Notes: generated from the sequence alone by a model not told the origin. Positions 1 to 11,186 are shown, numbered from the stretch's first letter. The stretch is 64,000 nt of DNA from an uncultured Sphingobium sp. (GCA_965653535.1 CBFHAG010000005.1:6037-70036); one strand, 5' to 3'. Numbers and translations: made by a program.

Positions 1-1915
1 TCATCGCGCCATGGCCGATGGGGAAGCGTGCCACGGCATCCACCGTCAGGGCATCGGGCAGCACATCGGATTGCAGGTCATCCTCATATTGTTTCGACAC
101 ATAGCGCATGGTGGCGGACAGCTCCGGCCCCTGCGCGGGCCGCCACGCCAGCGTGGCACTGGCGGCATGGCGCGGGCTTTGAGCGGGCGAGAGGCCGTCG
201 AAATCCTCCCCCGGCGCATATACCCTGCTGTGGCTATAGGCGTAGGATGCGGACAGGCGGAAAGCGCCAGCATCGGCGCTGGCAGTCAGTTCGACGCCCT
301 TCGCAACGATACGGTCGATATTCCGCCGTTCCCGCACGACGATCGCGCGCCCGCCGGTCACCGTCGAACTGATCGTCACATTACCCACCGCATTGTCGAG
401 CCGGTTGTAAAAGGCGGTGGCGCCCAGCCTGACGTTCGGCGTCGGGGTAAGGTCGATGCCCGCTTCGACGCCCTTCAACTTTTCATTTTCAAGCGCCGGG
501 TTGGCGCGCGTCCTCACCGTCGATGCGGCTGAAGCGATCACGAACGGGCGATATAGTTCATTGAGCGTCGGCAGGCGAAAGCCGGTATAAGCGGCTCCGC
601 GCAATGCCACGGCGTTGCTGATGCGGTGGAGCGCACCCGCCCGGCCAGACACTTCCCAGCCCGACCGGTCGGGAAACGCATTGTCGGCTGCGTCCGCCCC
701 CGCCGCGCGGAAAAATCCGTCGCGGATCGTCCACCGATCCGCCCGGACACCGCCGGTCAGCACAAGGTCACCCAACGTCCAGTCATCCTCGGCGAACAGC
801 CCGACCGTCACCTGTTTTCCCCCCGCATGCCGGCGCGTACTGACAAGGCCGGTCATGGCATCATAGGCGGCCTCGAACATGTCGCCGCTGGACAAGCGAC
901 TGTCCGCGCCGATCCGCAGCATATGGCCACCGCCAACGGGCGGACGCAGTTCGATCTTGCCGCCAACTCCCGTCGACGGCGTGTTCCGCTGATCGAGCGA
1001 CATGCGGAAGGGTGGGCTGGACGAAATGACAACGTTCGAAAAATTGCGCGCCTGGACGTAGGCGAGTGCATCAAGTTGCCACTGCCCCCGCGACACATAG
1101 CGGATGCTGGCGTCCTGCCCCTCGCTCACACTGTCCGCCCCCCGGAAGCGCAGTGTGCGCTGATCGCGGAAGATGGTCGCGCGGAACTGCACTTCCGACG
1201 TCGCCGACAGCGGGGCCACGGCTCGCAAATTGGCGGACCAGCCATCATAGGCGGCTGGCACCGTGGCTGCCCCGCGCTGGTCCTCCGGCGTCGTCTGGAA
1301 TCCATCGCCGCGATCCCAGCGGCCCGACAGCGACACAAGACCGCCGCCCAGATCGGGGCTGAAGCTGGCCGACAATTCGGTCGCATCACGGCTGCCGTAA
1401 AGGGCGCTCGCGGAAAACACCGGAAGCTGGTCACGGGTCGCGCTGGCCAGTTCGATGGTCCCCGCGACCGCTCCTGCGCCGAACGGCCCGACCCCGCCAC
1501 CGCGCGTCACCCGCACGACCGAAAGCCGATCGGGAACCAGCGCGCTGAAGGGGATATAGCCAAAGAACGGGTCCGCCATCGGCACGCCGTCCAGCAGCAC
1601 GAGGGTCCGGCTCGACGCATTGCCCCCCAGCGCACGCAGGGTCGCGCCCTGCGCGGAAGGATTGGCCGATCGGCTGTCGGACCGGCGGAATTGCTGGAAC
1701 CCGGCAACGTCGGCCAGAACAGTCTCGATCCTTCCCGACGCACTGTTCAGCAGCCGGTCGCGATCAATGACTACTGACCCATAAGCAGGCGTGCCGGGCG
1801 GCAGGGGCAACCCCGTCCCCGTGACGATGATCCTCGCCGGTTCGGTGTCTGCGGACTGGCCCAGCGCTGCAGCGGGGAAGGCGAGCAGAAAGATGGGCAG
1901 GGCCGCGAATTTCAT
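1..1915 (-). CDS. TonB-dependent receptor (3' end runs off the window)
   Basis: Not in the ORF track. Manual translation from ATG 1915 gives MKFAALPIFLLAFPAAALGQS (signal peptide), IIVTG (TonB-box-like) and plug motif ...GATLRALGGNASSRTLVLLDGVP. Confidence 0.88.
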   Translation of the reverse strand, partial: MKFAALPIFLLAFPAAALGQSADTEPARIIVTGTGLPLPPGTPAYGSVVIDRDRLLNSASGRIETVLADVAGFQQFRRSDSRSANPSAQGATLRALGGNASSRTLVLLDGVPMADPFFGYIPFSALVPDRLSVVRVTRGGGVGPFGAGAVAGTIELASATRDQLPVFSASALYGSRDATELSASFSPDLGGGLVSLSGRWDRGDGFQTTPEDQRGAATVPAAYDGWSANLRAVAPLSATSEVQFRATIFRDQRTLRFRGADSVSEGQDASIRYVSRGQWQLDALAYVQARNFSNVVISSSPPFRMSLDQRNTPSTGVGGKIELRPPVGGGHMLRIGADSRLSSGDMFEAAYDAMTGLVSTRRHAGGKQVTVGLFAEDDWTLGDLVLTGGVRADRWTIRDGFFRAAGADAADNAFPDRSGWEVSGRAGALHRISNAVALRGAAYTGFRLPTLNELYRPFVIASAASTVRTRANPALENEKLKGVEAGIDLTPTPNVRLGATAFYNRLDNAVGNVTISSTVTGGRAIVVRERRNIDRIVAKGVELTASADAGAFRLSASYAYSHSRVYAPGEDFDGLSPAQSPRHAASATLAWRPAQGPELSATMRYVSKQYEDDLQSDVLPDALTVDAVARFPIGHGAM

Positions 1916-1972
1916 GCAGCCCGCCCTACAGGTCCCCCGCCCGCCCGGCAATCACGCCGGGCGGCACCTGGA

Positions 1973-4189
1973 TCAAGCCAGAGCCGAACCCTCCGCCCGC
2001 TCGATCAACTTGTCGATGGTGAGCGGATAGTCCCTCAGCCGAATGCCGGTCGCATTGTAGATCGCATTCGCAATCGCCGCGCCCGCGCCGCAAATGCCCA
2101 GTTCTCCCACCCCCTTGGCCTTCATGGGCGAGCTTTTGTCATCCAGCTCCTCCAGGAACAGCACATCCTGTTCGGGGATATCGGCATGCACCGGCACCAC
2201 ATATTCGGCCATGTCATGATTGACGAAGAAGCCGAACCGCTTGTCGACATGCAGTTCCTCCATCAACGCCGCGCCCGCGCCCATCGTCATCGCGCCAATC
2301 ACCTGGCTTCGCGCCGACTTGGGATTAAGGATGCGCCCAGCGGCAAAGGCCCCGCCCATACGGCGGATGCGGACTTCGGCGGTGTCGACGTCGACCCCCA
2401 CTTCGCAGAAATGAGCGCCGAAGGTCGCTTGCGCATAGCGTTCGGTCAGATCGCCAAATTCGATTTTGTCCTCAGCCCACAGTCCGTCAGGCCCGGCGAG
2501 CGCTGCCAGAGGGCGCGACTGGTTGCCCAGACGCAACAGGCCATCTTCAAAGATCACCTGTTCAGCGGGGAAACCAGCCCGCTCGGCCAGCTTCGTTCGC
2601 AGGGCGACGCAGGCAGCATAGACCCCGGCGGTCGAACTGTTGCCGCCAAACTGGCCGCCCGAACCCGACGATACCGGAAAACGGCTGTCCCCCAGCCGAA
2701 CCGTCACCGCTTCCAGCGGCACGCCCATCATTTCCGCCGCCGTCTGGCCGATGATGGTATAGCTGCCCGTGCCGATATCGGTCATGTCGGTTTCGACCGT
2801 CACCCGCCCCTGCGCGTCCACGCCAACGCGCGCGCCCGACGGAGCGACCAGGTTGTTGCGGAACGCCGCCGCCATGCCCATGCCCACCAACCAGCGCCCG
2901 TCGCGTTTCTGGCCGGGCCGGGACTGGCGCTGGTCCCAACCGAACCGTGCCGCGCCCTGACGCAGGCATTCGACGAACTTGCGGCTGGAAAAGGGGCGTT
3001 CCGGCCCCACTTCCGGGTCATATTGCACATCGTTGCGGATACGCAGTTCAACTGGATCAACCCCGCACGTCTCCGCCAGTTCATCCATGGCGATTTCCAG
3101 CGCCAGCATGCCCACCGCCTCGCCCGGCGCGCGCATCGCATTGCCTTCCGGCAGGTCCAGCGTCGCCAGACGGTGCGCCGTCCGGCGATGATCACCCCGA
3201 TACAGCAGCCGCGTCTGTTGCGCCGCCGTTTCCGGCCCGCCGCCGGGCAAGTCACCGGACCAGACCTCATGCGCGATGGCGTCGATCACTCCATCCTTGT
3301 CAGCGCCTATGCGTATCCGCTGGATGGTGGCTGGCCGATGGGTCGTATTGTTGGGGATTTGCGGCCGCGCGATGGCGACCTTCACCGGCCTGCCCACGGC
3401 TCGCGCACCCAGCGCCGCCAGCAGCACATCGGCACGCAGGAACAATTTCCCGCCAAACCCGCCGCCGACATAGGGCGAAACGACGCGGATGCGATCCTTG
3501 GGAATCTTCAACGTCCTCGCCATGTCGCTGACGGCCCAGGCGACCATCTGGTTGCTGGTCCACAATGTCAGCCGGTCGCCATTCCAGGCGGCTGTGGTGG
3601 CGTGCGGCTCCATCATGGCATGGCTTTGGTCGGGGGTGGTGTAGCTTTGGTCGATCTGCACCGCCGCACGCCCGAAAGCAGCGTCGAAATCACCCGCGCT
3701 CGTGTCGGCGGGGCCGCCGAAACCTTCCTCCGGCTTGACCGCCCTGTCGCGCTCGGCAGCCAGGTCGAACCTTCCCTGTTCAGCACTATAGTCGATCCTC
3801 AGCAGGCGAGCGGCGTCACGGGCATTTTCCAGCGTGTCGGCGATCACCAACGCCACCGCCTGGTCATAATGTTCAACCGCAGGCCCACCCAGCAGATGCG
3901 CCGTGTTCCTGGGGCCCTTGCCCAGCGGACCGGCATTTTGATGGGTGACGATACCCAGCACACCGGGCGCGGCCTCGACTGCGGTCAGGTCAATTGCGGC
4001 GATCCGCCCCTTGGCGATGGCGGACCCCACCATCCAGCCATAGGCCGCATTGGGCGCGACGTCATGCCGCTCATAGGCGTAAGGTGCCGTCCCCGTGACC
4101 TTCGCCGCGCCTTCGATGCGGTCGTGGGCGACACCCACCACCCGACCGCGATCAATCGGATTGGCGGTAGCTGGCGTATCGAACTTCAT
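1973..4189 (-). CDS. paoC: Aldehyde oxidoreductase, molybdenum-binding subunit (PaoC/YagR, xanthine dehydrogenase family)
   Basis: 738 aa; motifs [45 protein letters not shown]; overlaps paoB by 4 nt. Confidence 0.93.
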   Translation of the reverse strand: MKFDTPATANPIDRGRVVGVAHDRIEGAAKVTGTAPYAYERHDVAPNAAYGWMVGSAIAKGRIAAIDLTAVEAAPGVLGIVTHQNAGPLGKGPRNTAHLLGGPAVEHYDQAVALVIADTLENARDAARLLRIDYSAEQGRFDLAAERDRAVKPEEGFGGPADTSAGDFDAAFGRAAVQIDQSYTTPDQSHAMMEPHATTAAWNGDRLTLWTSNQMVAWAVSDMARTLKIPKDRIRVVSPYVGGGFGGKLFLRADVLLAALGARAVGRPVKVAIARPQIPNNTTHRPATIQRIRIGADKDGVIDAIAHEVWSGDLPGGGPETAAQQTRLLYRGDHRRTAHRLATLDLPEGNAMRAPGEAVGMLALEIAMDELAETCGVDPVELRIRNDVQYDPEVGPERPFSSRKFVECLRQGAARFGWDQRQSRPGQKRDGRWLVGMGMAAAFRNNLVAPSGARVGVDAQGRVTVETDMTDIGTGSYTIIGQTAAEMMGVPLEAVTVRLGDSRFPVSSGSGGQFGGNSSTAGVYAACVALRTKLAERAGFPAEQVIFEDGLLRLGNQSRPLAALAGPDGLWAEDKIEFGDLTERYAQATFGAHFCEVGVDVDTAEVRIRRMGGAFAAGRILNPKSARSQVIGAMTMGAGAALMEELHVDKRFGFFVNHDMAEYVVPVHADIPEQDVLFLEELDDKSSPMKAKGVGELGICGAGAAIANAIYNATGIRLRDYPLTIDKLIERAEGSALA

Positions 4190-5142
4190 GTCCGCGCCTC
4201 CTTCTGGCGGAAAAGAGACTCAAGCGTCCGGGCCGTCAGCCCCTGTTTAAACGCGTTCTGAGCCGTGGGTCGCGCACCAGCCAGAGCGGCGTCGGCCACA
4301 GCCTTCGGCCCTGCTTCCACGGCGGCGTCGGCGGCATCCACGCGCCAAGGCTTGGGAGCGATGCCACCAAAGGCGAACCGCGCGCTCCCGTCCTTTCCAA
4401 ACACCGCCGCGATCGCCACCAGCGCGAAAGCGTATGAGGCACGATCACGCACCTTGCGATAGATATGCGTACCGCCAATGCGCGGAGGCAATGTCACCGC
4501 CGTAATAAGCTCTCCCGGTGTCAGCCCATGTTCGACATGAGGCGTGTCGCCCGGCAATTGGTGGAAGTCCGCGATGGGGATGGACCTGCGCCTTCCGTCC
4601 GCCGTCACCGTCTCTACATCGGCGTCCAGCAAGCGCATCGCCACCGCCATGTCGGACGGATGCTGCGCAATGCAGGCATCGCTGGTGCCGACAATCGCCA
4701 GGCCCCGGCTGATTCCGTTCATCGCCGCACAACCGCTGCCCGGCTTCCTTTTATTGCACGGCATGCGCGTGTCATAGAAATAGGGGCAGCGCGTGCGCTG
4801 GAGCAGGTTGCCCGCGGTCGTGGCCTTGTTTCGCAATTGCCCCGATGCTCCGGCGAGCAGCGCGCGGCTCAGCACCGCATAATCGCGCTGCACAGCCTCA
4901 TTCGCGGCCAGATCGGTATTTCGGACCAGCGCGCCAATGCGCAGTCCGCCCTCCTCCGTTGCCTCAATCCGGTTGAGGCCGATATGATTGACATCGATCA
5001 GGTGCGTGGGCGTTTCAATCTGCAGCTTCATCAGGTCCAGCAGGTTGGTCCCGCCAGCAATAAAGCGCGCGCCCTGGACGCTGGCGGCGGTTTGTGCCGC
5101 TTCCTGGGCGCTGGCCGCGCGGCTGTAGGTAAAGGGCTTCAT
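4186..5142 (-). CDS. paoB: Aldehyde oxidoreductase, FAD-binding subunit (PaoB/YagS)
   Basis: [27 protein letters not shown], Cys set CPYF...CNK...GC...CIA (4Fe-4S insert), [14 protein letters not shown]. Confidence 0.93.
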   Translation of the reverse strand: MKPFTYSRAASAQEAAQTAASVQGARFIAGGTNLLDLMKLQIETPTHLIDVNHIGLNRIEATEEGGLRIGALVRNTDLAANEAVQRDYAVLSRALLAGASGQLRNKATTAGNLLQRTRCPYFYDTRMPCNKRKPGSGCAAMNGISRGLAIVGTSDACIAQHPSDMAVAMRLLDADVETVTADGRRRSIPIADFHQLPGDTPHVEHGLTPGELITAVTLPPRIGGTHIYRKVRDRASYAFALVAIAAVFGKDGSARFAFGGIAPKPWRVDAADAAVEAGPKAVADAALAGARPTAQNAFKQGLTARTLESLFRQKEART

Positions 5143-5777
5143 GCCTCCTTCTCCCCCGCGACATCGCGAATGGCCGCGATGATGTTGGGATAGGCGGCAC
5201 AGCGGCAGATATTACCGCTCATCCGCTCACGCAGCTCCGCGTCGGAAAACTCGACCTCGCCCAATTCCTGCGTCGCGTGGCTGGGAACCCCCGCTGCGAT
5301 TTCCTCCAGCATCGCCACCGCCGAACAAATCTGCCCAGGTGTGCAATAGCCGCACTGATAGCCATCATGGGTGACGAAGGCGCGCTGCATCGGATGCAGA
5401 TTGTCCGGCGTGCCCAGCCCTTCGATCGTGGTCACATTCTCGCCTTCATGCATGACGGCCAGCGTCAGGCAGCTGTTGATCCGCCGCCCTTCGACAATAA
5501 CCGTGCACGCGCCGCATTGGCCATGGTCGCACCCCTTCTTGGTGCCGGTCAGGTGCAGATGTTCGCGCAGCGCGTCCAACAATGTGGTGCGCGGGTCCAG
5601 CTGGAGATGCACATCCCGGCCATTCACAGTGAACTCGACGGCGTTCATGCCCCCTCCCTTGTTCGATTGCAGTGCGCCTGCGGGCGCGTCATGCGCCTGA
5701 GCCATCGCTGGAAGGATGACCGCCGCCGCGCCGCCGCCCTGCAACAGGCCACGGCGACTCAAATGATCGGATGACAT
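5139..5777 (-). CDS. paoA: Aldehyde oxidoreductase, 2Fe-2S subunit with Tat signal (PaoA/YagT)
   Basis: ATG 5777 after GGAGG; SRRGLL twin-arginine; [32 protein letters not shown]. Confidence 0.92.
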   Translation of the reverse strand: MSSDHLSRRGLLQGGGAAAVILPAMAQAHDAPAGALQSNKGGGMNAVEFTVNGRDVHLQLDPRTTLLDALREHLHLTGTKKGCDHGQCGACTVIVEGRRINSCLTLAVMHEGENVTTIEGLGTPDNLHPMQRAFVTHDGYQCGYCTPGQICSAVAMLEEIAAGVPSHATQELGEVEFSDAELRERMSGNICRCAAYPNIIAAIRDVAGEKEA

Positions 5778-6053
5778 GTCCGCTTCCTCCTGCGTGCCTG
5801 AAACCATTACGCAGCACTATCCGGGATGATCCCGCATCCCCTAATAATAACGCCTGTCATACGACCACATCATGTGATGGTTCCACGCAGGACCTATCCA
5901 TTACGTGTTCCTTCCGGCGCACCCTTACCTCACCATGCGTTGCGAGCCTTCGAAAAATTTGTGACCAGCCCAATTCTTTCCTTGCCCGTTCGCGGAACCG
6001 CTGCTAGTTGCCCGCCTCACCCGCCGAGAGGGACATATCCTCCGGCCGCCAGA

Positions 6054-6128
6054 GCGGGCGTAGCTCAGGGGTAGAGCACAACCTTGCCAAGGTTGGGGTC
6101 GAGGGTTCGAATCCCTTCGCCCGCTCCA
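6054..6128 (+). tRNA. tRNA-Gly (GCC)
   Basis: GCGGGCG acceptor stem, anticodon arm CAACC-TTGCCAA-GGTTG, T-loop GTTCGAATC, encoded CCA end. Confidence 0.98.
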
Positions 6129-6325
6129 GTTTTATAAGATAATTCAACGAAATATCCGCCCTGCGGCGAGGCGAAATTGCGCCTTCAATCTGTGTCGCCA
6201 CCATGTCGCCACGGGTGAGGCCCCCGACAAACACAGGACCGATGGCAGCCTGGCCAAAGTGGACAGGTCGCTATTGCTATATGAGAGAACCTGCCGGTTC
6301 TGATAAAGAGATTGATCTGTTGGTT

Positions 6326-8251
6326 TCAGAAATCCGCCGTGACCGAAACCACCATTCGCCTGCCCTTGTTCACATCGAACCCGCCACCGCTCGATACGCG
6401 CCAACCATAGACATTGGTTGCATTGAGTAGCTGCGCCCGCAGCGTCGCCGGGCTCTTGCCCAGCTTGAACCTGTAGCGCGCGCCGAGGTCGAGAGTTGCG
6501 CGCGCTGGCAATTCTAGGGTGCCTGCCACGTTCGCGGTGCGCCTGCCTTCGACCAGCAATCCTGCGTCGAGGGACAGTGCCGGAAACGCCGGGAAGCGGT
6601 AGTCGAGGTTCAGATCAACCAGCAGCGGCGTCCGGCCGATCGGTTTCGATCCGAGCCTGCCATCGTCCACGGCCTCTCCTGAAACACTGGCATTGAGCAG
6701 TACGGCGCCAGCAACGAAATTGAGGCCCTTCAGCGGCTCGCCCGATAGCGACAACTCAAGGCCGCGATGGCCGACAGTGCCGAGTGTGCGGTATATCCCG
6801 TCGCTGCTGTCGATCTCGAAATAGGGTTTCTCCAGATCGAACAGCGCCGCTGCGAGGCGCAGATTATGGGGAAGCTGGACGCGCAGTCCTGCCTCCTGTT
6901 GCCGTGTGCGCAAGGCGGGTAGGGCTTCATTGGCGTTGACGGCGTTGCCCGGCGCGGTGCCGCTTTCCTCAAGCCCGCGTGTCGCCGCGACATAAAGTGT
7001 GATCCGATCCGTCGCATGGACGGCAAGCGCGGCATTCCAGAGCCAGGGACGGTCGTGTGCCTCGACAGTGGCGAGGCCGGGTGTGCTCACCCTTTTGCGA
7101 TAGTTGGTCCGGGTAAGACCAAGATTGAGTTCGCCGATCTCGCGCCAACGCAGCTCATAGCCCAACGCATAGCTGAGCTGCCGCACCCTGTCGTCCGTAC
7201 GCGCGCCGAAGTTCCAGGCCGGCTCGGGCACGGGATCACCGACGCCGATGCGCGCGGTGCCAAGATCGGCCAAGTCATAGCCGCCGTAAAGTGACTGCAC
7301 CGAACGTCCGCGCACCGACGCGATCAGGCGGTGCAGCCGGTCTCCCTCGCGAAATTCACGCGAGATGCGCAGTTCACCCGAAGTGGAGGCAAACCGCTGG
7401 TCCTTGCCGCTCAGCACGAACTCCCAGCCCAGACCCTGCGCATCGACGCCCTCGAACCAGGCAGAGGCATAGTTATCCTGGGTGAAGCGGCTGTTGAAAA
7501 GACCGACCTCGATCTTCCACGCACCACGAGCCGCCCTGGCGATGCCGCCGTAGTTCTGGCTGTGTCCGGCCCATTGTGCCCAGTCCTGCCCGAAGAAGCG
7601 CTGCCGTTCGATCCGGGGCGGCAGCCGGTTGCCATCGGTATAGATGGTCGGCCCCTGTTCTTCGTCGCCATAATCATAGCGGCCATAGAAGCCGGTCAAT
7701 TCGACGCCGTCCGCAGGCTTCCAGCGCAGCACCGTGCCATAGCTGACGAACCAGGCGCTGGCGCCATCGACATAGCGATCGTCGAACAGGCCGAGCGATG
7801 CGTTAACGCCGAGCCTGTCGGTGAGCGGCACCGCCGCCTCGATGGTGCCGTCGATGCCCAGATACTCACCGCTGTTGAGCTTGACGCTGACGACCGGGCG
7901 ATCCGTGGTCACACGCCGCAGGCTGGTATCGACGATGCCGGTTGGCGCGGGGAACGGATAGCCGAACGCCGTCAGACCAAGGCGGATGTCGGAGCCGGAT
8001 GTAATGACATCGGTGATCCCGCCCGATTCATTGAAATACAGCCCTTCCACCCGCGCGTTGCCGGCATCCTCTGCGGAAAAACCGCGCACATTGCCGCTGG
8101 CATAAATGCCGATCGATTCGCTGCCCACCGTCTTGCCGAAGCCATCGGTGGCAGCGGCTGTGACGTTCTCGTCGGCCCGCTGGGCTTGAGCGGCGGGTGC
8201 CCAACCCAGCAGGATCGTACCGGCCAGCAGCCAGGCCGCGCGGTGAATCAC
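6326..8251 (-). CDS. TonB-dependent receptor
   Basis: GTG 8251 overlaps the upstream stop (GTGA); signal peptide, plug, beta-strand pattern, terminal Phe (VSVTADF). Confidence 0.88.
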   Translation of the reverse strand: MIHRAAWLLAGTILLGWAPAAQAQRADENVTAAATDGFGKTVGSESIGIYASGNVRGFSAEDAGNARVEGLYFNESGGITDVITSGSDIRLGLTAFGYPFPAPTGIVDTSLRRVTTDRPVVSVKLNSGEYLGIDGTIEAAVPLTDRLGVNASLGLFDDRYVDGASAWFVSYGTVLRWKPADGVELTGFYGRYDYGDEEQGPTIYTDGNRLPPRIERQRFFGQDWAQWAGHSQNYGGIARAARGAWKIEVGLFNSRFTQDNYASAWFEGVDAQGLGWEFVLSGKDQRFASTSGELRISREFREGDRLHRLIASVRGRSVQSLYGGYDLADLGTARIGVGDPVPEPAWNFGARTDDRVRQLSYALGYELRWREIGELNLGLTRTNYRKRVSTPGLATVEAHDRPWLWNAALAVHATDRITLYVAATRGLEESGTAPGNAVNANEALPALRTRQQEAGLRVQLPHNLRLAAALFDLEKPYFEIDSSDGIYRTLGTVGHRGLELSLSGEPLKGLNFVAGAVLLNASVSGEAVDDGRLGSKPIGRTPLLVDLNLDYRFPAFPALSLDAGLLVEGRRTANVAGTLELPARATLDLGARYRFKLGKSPATLRAQLLNATNVYGWRVSSGGGFDVNKGRRMVVSVTADF

Positions 8252-10317
8252 ATTGCCGCCCTGATTCGCCCTCGGATGGTGCGCGGCGCGCCCGGCGTGA
8301 TCCAGACATCGCTGTAGGAGCTTTCCAGGTAATAGGCATCGAACAGGTTTTCGGCGTCGAGATGGAGCGAAACTCCTTTGCTCACCTGCCATCCCAGGTT
8401 GAGCCGCGCGGTGACATAGTCGGGCAGGCGAAAGCCACTGTTCACATCGTCGCCGGCGCGGCTGCCGACATAGGTGAGTCCGCCGCCCAGGCTGACCGAA
8501 CCTGGCTCATCGCCATCCGACTGCCAGTAGCCGTAGAGTGCGCCGCTGTGGCGGGGCACATTGGACAGCGAACTGCCAAGCAGCGCGGGGCGTGTGTCGC
8601 GCGTGATTTTCGTGTCGGTCAATGCATAGACAGCGGTGAGGTTGAACTGCGGGGTCACCTGCCAGTTGAGATCAAATTCCACGCCCTTGCTGCGCGCCCG
8701 GCCCGCTGCGATCTGGAAGGCGTTGTTGGCGGGATCGCTCACCAGAACATTGTCCTTGGTGATCTGGAACACGGAAAGTGTGCCGTTCAGCTTGCCCCCA
8801 GCCAGCGCATATTTGAAGCCCCCCTCCCAGGCCTCGCCTTGTTCGGGCGCGAAGGCATTGCTTGCGGCGTCCGTACCCTGGTTGAAGCGGAACGATTTGC
8901 CCCAACTGACATAGGCCGAGAAGGCATCCGAAGGTGCGAAGGTGAAGGCCGCACGCGGCGAGGTGGCGCTCGGGCTCTGCTTCGTCACGCCGTTCGTGCG
9001 GTAATTGGTATTGGCCTGCTGGATCCAGTCATGGCGAACGCCCAGCAGCAGGCTGAACTGCTTGCCCAACGTGATCAGATCCTGTGCGTAAAGGCTCTGG
9101 CCGCGCAGTTCCTCCAGCAGGTCCTGATTGAGCGTCGCGACGGGCTTGGGCTGGCCATAGACCGGATTGAGAATGTCGATGGCATAAGGATTGGTCGCCG
9201 TCGGGCTGAAGCGGTAGAACACGCGGCGCTGGTCATAGCGGTAGGCGTCGCCGCCCAGCCGCACCTGGTGATCGAGCCCCAATAGGCTGGCGTTGACGCT
9301 CAACTCTACCCGTCCGCTCAAGTCCTGCCAGTCATAATCGTGGATGCGCAACTGCCGGCGCAATTGCGTGCCGACAAGCACGCTGTTGTGGGTCGATTGG
9401 CCGCTGAAGCGCCCGTCGCGGTACTGGACGCCGGCTTCGAGAGCGACGCCTTCGGCAAGATCAAGCGTCAGCGTGCCCTGATGCTGCGCGGTGCGCTGCG
9501 TCATCAGCCCGTCATTGGGCTCCCCGAAGAACCTTGTCCGCGGGAGTGCCTTCCCGTCGCCATTCACCGCGACCAGGCCCCGGTCGTGGCGGAAATGCAC
9601 ATAATTGTATTCGAGCTGGTAGAGGAAGCGGATGCCTTCCTTGGGCTCGAAGGCGATGGATGGCGCGACCAGCAGCCGGTCGCTATCACCGAAATCGCGG
9701 AAGCCGTCGCTCTCCTGATAGACGCCGATTATCCGCGCGGTGAGACCGCCGCCCGCTGGGCCACCGAAATCGATCGCCGTGCGCCAGGTGTCGAAGCTGC
9801 CATAGCTTGCCTCGGCCCCGGCGTGGAAACGGTCGAGCGGGGCCTTGGTGACGATGTTGATCGAGCCGCCCGGCTCGCCCTTGCCGGAAAGCGCAGAGGC
9901 CGGACCCTTGAGCACCTGAAAGCTCTCCACCGTCGCCACGTCGCGCCTTGCATTGAAGCCGCGATTGGCGGTGAAGCGGTTGACGAGGAGGTCCGGCCCC
10001 TGGTTGATGTCGCCCGAGAAACCGCGAATGGCGTAGGCGTCCCACGCCCCGCCGAAGCTGTTCTGCCGCGCCATGCCGCCGGCCAGATCGAACAGCTGCG
10101 AGAGGTCGGTAACGCCGATCCGCTCGATCAGTTCGCCATCCAGCACGCGCACATTCTGCGGCAGGCGCAGCGGATCGACTTTCAGCCCGTTGATGCTGGC
10201 ATTAGCTTCGCGCGAGCCGGTGACGATGATCGCGCTGTCTTCAGCTTCCTCGGCCAGGGCTGCGTGCGACGACGCGAGCATCGCCAGACCGCCAAGCAGC
10301 GTAAGTTTTTCGTACAT
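8248..10317 (-). CDS. TonB-dependent metal/siderophore-type receptor (ZnuK-like by context)
   Basis: ATG 10317; IIVTG, plug motifs IRGF and VESFQVLKGPASALSG, NLFDAYY near the C-terminus; divergent from the ABC operon. Confidence 0.9.
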   Translation of the reverse strand: MYEKLTLLGGLAMLASSHAALAEEAEDSAIIVTGSREANASINGLKVDPLRLPQNVRVLDGELIERIGVTDLSQLFDLAGGMARQNSFGGAWDAYAIRGFSGDINQGPDLLVNRFTANRGFNARRDVATVESFQVLKGPASALSGKGEPGGSINIVTKAPLDRFHAGAEASYGSFDTWRTAIDFGGPAGGGLTARIIGVYQESDGFRDFGDSDRLLVAPSIAFEPKEGIRFLYQLEYNYVHFRHDRGLVAVNGDGKALPRTRFFGEPNDGLMTQRTAQHQGTLTLDLAEGVALEAGVQYRDGRFSGQSTHNSVLVGTQLRRQLRIHDYDWQDLSGRVELSVNASLLGLDHQVRLGGDAYRYDQRRVFYRFSPTATNPYAIDILNPVYGQPKPVATLNQDLLEELRGQSLYAQDLITLGKQFSLLLGVRHDWIQQANTNYRTNGVTKQSPSATSPRAAFTFAPSDAFSAYVSWGKSFRFNQGTDAASNAFAPEQGEAWEGGFKYALAGGKLNGTLSVFQITKDNVLVSDPANNAFQIAAGRARSKGVEFDLNWQVTPQFNLTAVYALTDTKITRDTRPALLGSSLSNVPRHSGALYGYWQSDGDEPGSVSLGGGLTYVGSRAGDDVNSGFRLPDYVTARLNLGWQVSKGVSLHLDAENLFDAYYLESSYSDVWITPGAPRTIRGRIRAAM

Positions 10318-10403
10318 GAATGAACCCCCTGAAGTGTGAATGACGTTCGCCCGGAGACGAGCGCTTGCCCGTCGGTGCCGTACCTCATCCAAGCACCGAC
10401 TTG

Positions 10404-10418
10404 CGTTATGATATATTG
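10404..10418. promoter_or_regulatory. Candidate Zur box CGTTATGATATATTG
   Basis: About 10/15 match to the recalled GTTATGTTATAAC-type Zur palindrome, in the divergent promoter of a COG0523-containing locus. Confidence 0.5.
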
Positions 10419-10457
10419 TCTCATAATTAGATGTGAATCAGTTGCAAGAGGGTTGGT

Positions 10458-11186
10458 ATGGCGGATCGGAACATCGTGCTGGAAGCGCGCGGCATTGTGG
10501 CGGGATATGGCGGCAGGCCGATCCTCGACGGACTCGACCTGACCGTCGCTGCCGGTGAAATCCACGCCCTGCTAGGCGGCAATGGCGCGGGCAAGACGAC
10601 CACGCTCAATGTCTTCCTCGGCTTCCTGCGCCCAACCGCGGGCATGGCGCAAGTCTGCGGTGCGGACGTCGTGGCGGATCCGGCCGAGGCCCGCCGTCAT
10701 ATCGCCTACATCCCGGAAAATGTGGCGCTCTACGAACATCTGAGCGCGCGCGAGAATGTCGATTACCTTCTTGAACTGGCCGGGCAGCGCGCCTCCCATG
10801 GCGCCATCGCCGACGCGCTGAACGCCGCCGGGCTGGATGCCGCCGCGCATGACCGGCGGGTCGGCGGCTTCTCCAAAGGAATGCGCCAGAAGGTCGCGAT
10901 CGCGCTGGCGCTTGCCCGCAAGACGCAGGCCCTGCTGCTCGATGAGCCGACATCCGGCCTCGATCCGCAGGGTACAACCGAGTTCAACCGCCTGCTGCTG
11001 GAGCTGCGGGGACGCGGCGTCGCCATCCTGATGGTGACGCACGATCTTCTGAGCGCGGCCGACGTCGCGGACCGCATCGGCTTTCTCGAAGGCGGTCGCC
11101 TGATCGAGGATGTGGCCGCTGAGGGCGCCGATCGCTTTGACGTGCGCGGCCTGCATGCGCGCTATGCACAAGGCGTGGCGGCATGA
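10458..11186 (+). CDS. ABC transporter ATP-binding protein
   Basis: Walker A GGNGAGKT, signature FSKGMRQK, Walker B LLLDEP, H-loop VTHD. Confidence 0.95.
   Translation: MADRNIVLEARGIVAGYGGRPILDGLDLTVAAGEIHALLGGNGAGKTTTLNVFLGFLRPTAGMAQVCGADVVADPAEARRHIAYIPENVALYEHLSARENVDYLLELAGQRASHGAIADALNAAGLDAAAHDRRVGGFSKGMRQKVAIALALARKTQALLLDEPTSGLDPQGTTEFNRLLLELRGRGVAILMVTHDLLSAADVADRIGFLEGGRLIEDVAAEGADRFDVRGLHARYAQGVAA

Noticed and set aside
626-1777. 383-aa + strand ORF (also 11-532)
   Set aside because: Antisense shadow of the minus-strand TBDR, which the track omits because its stop lies outside the window.
2186-4261. 691-aa + strand ORF and similar long antisense ORFs (7331-8317, 8197-9285, 40051-41508, 51612-52799, 59954-60922)
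   Set aside because: No family motifs; typical GC-rich codon-bias shadows of clear genes on the opposite strand.
5864-5876. CACAT-C-ATGTG palindrome upstream of paoA
   Set aside because: Too short and single copy; no regulator can be assigned.
6004-6234. 76-aa minus-strand ORF
   Set aside because: Reverse translation of the tRNA (ERAKGFEPSTPTLAR pattern).
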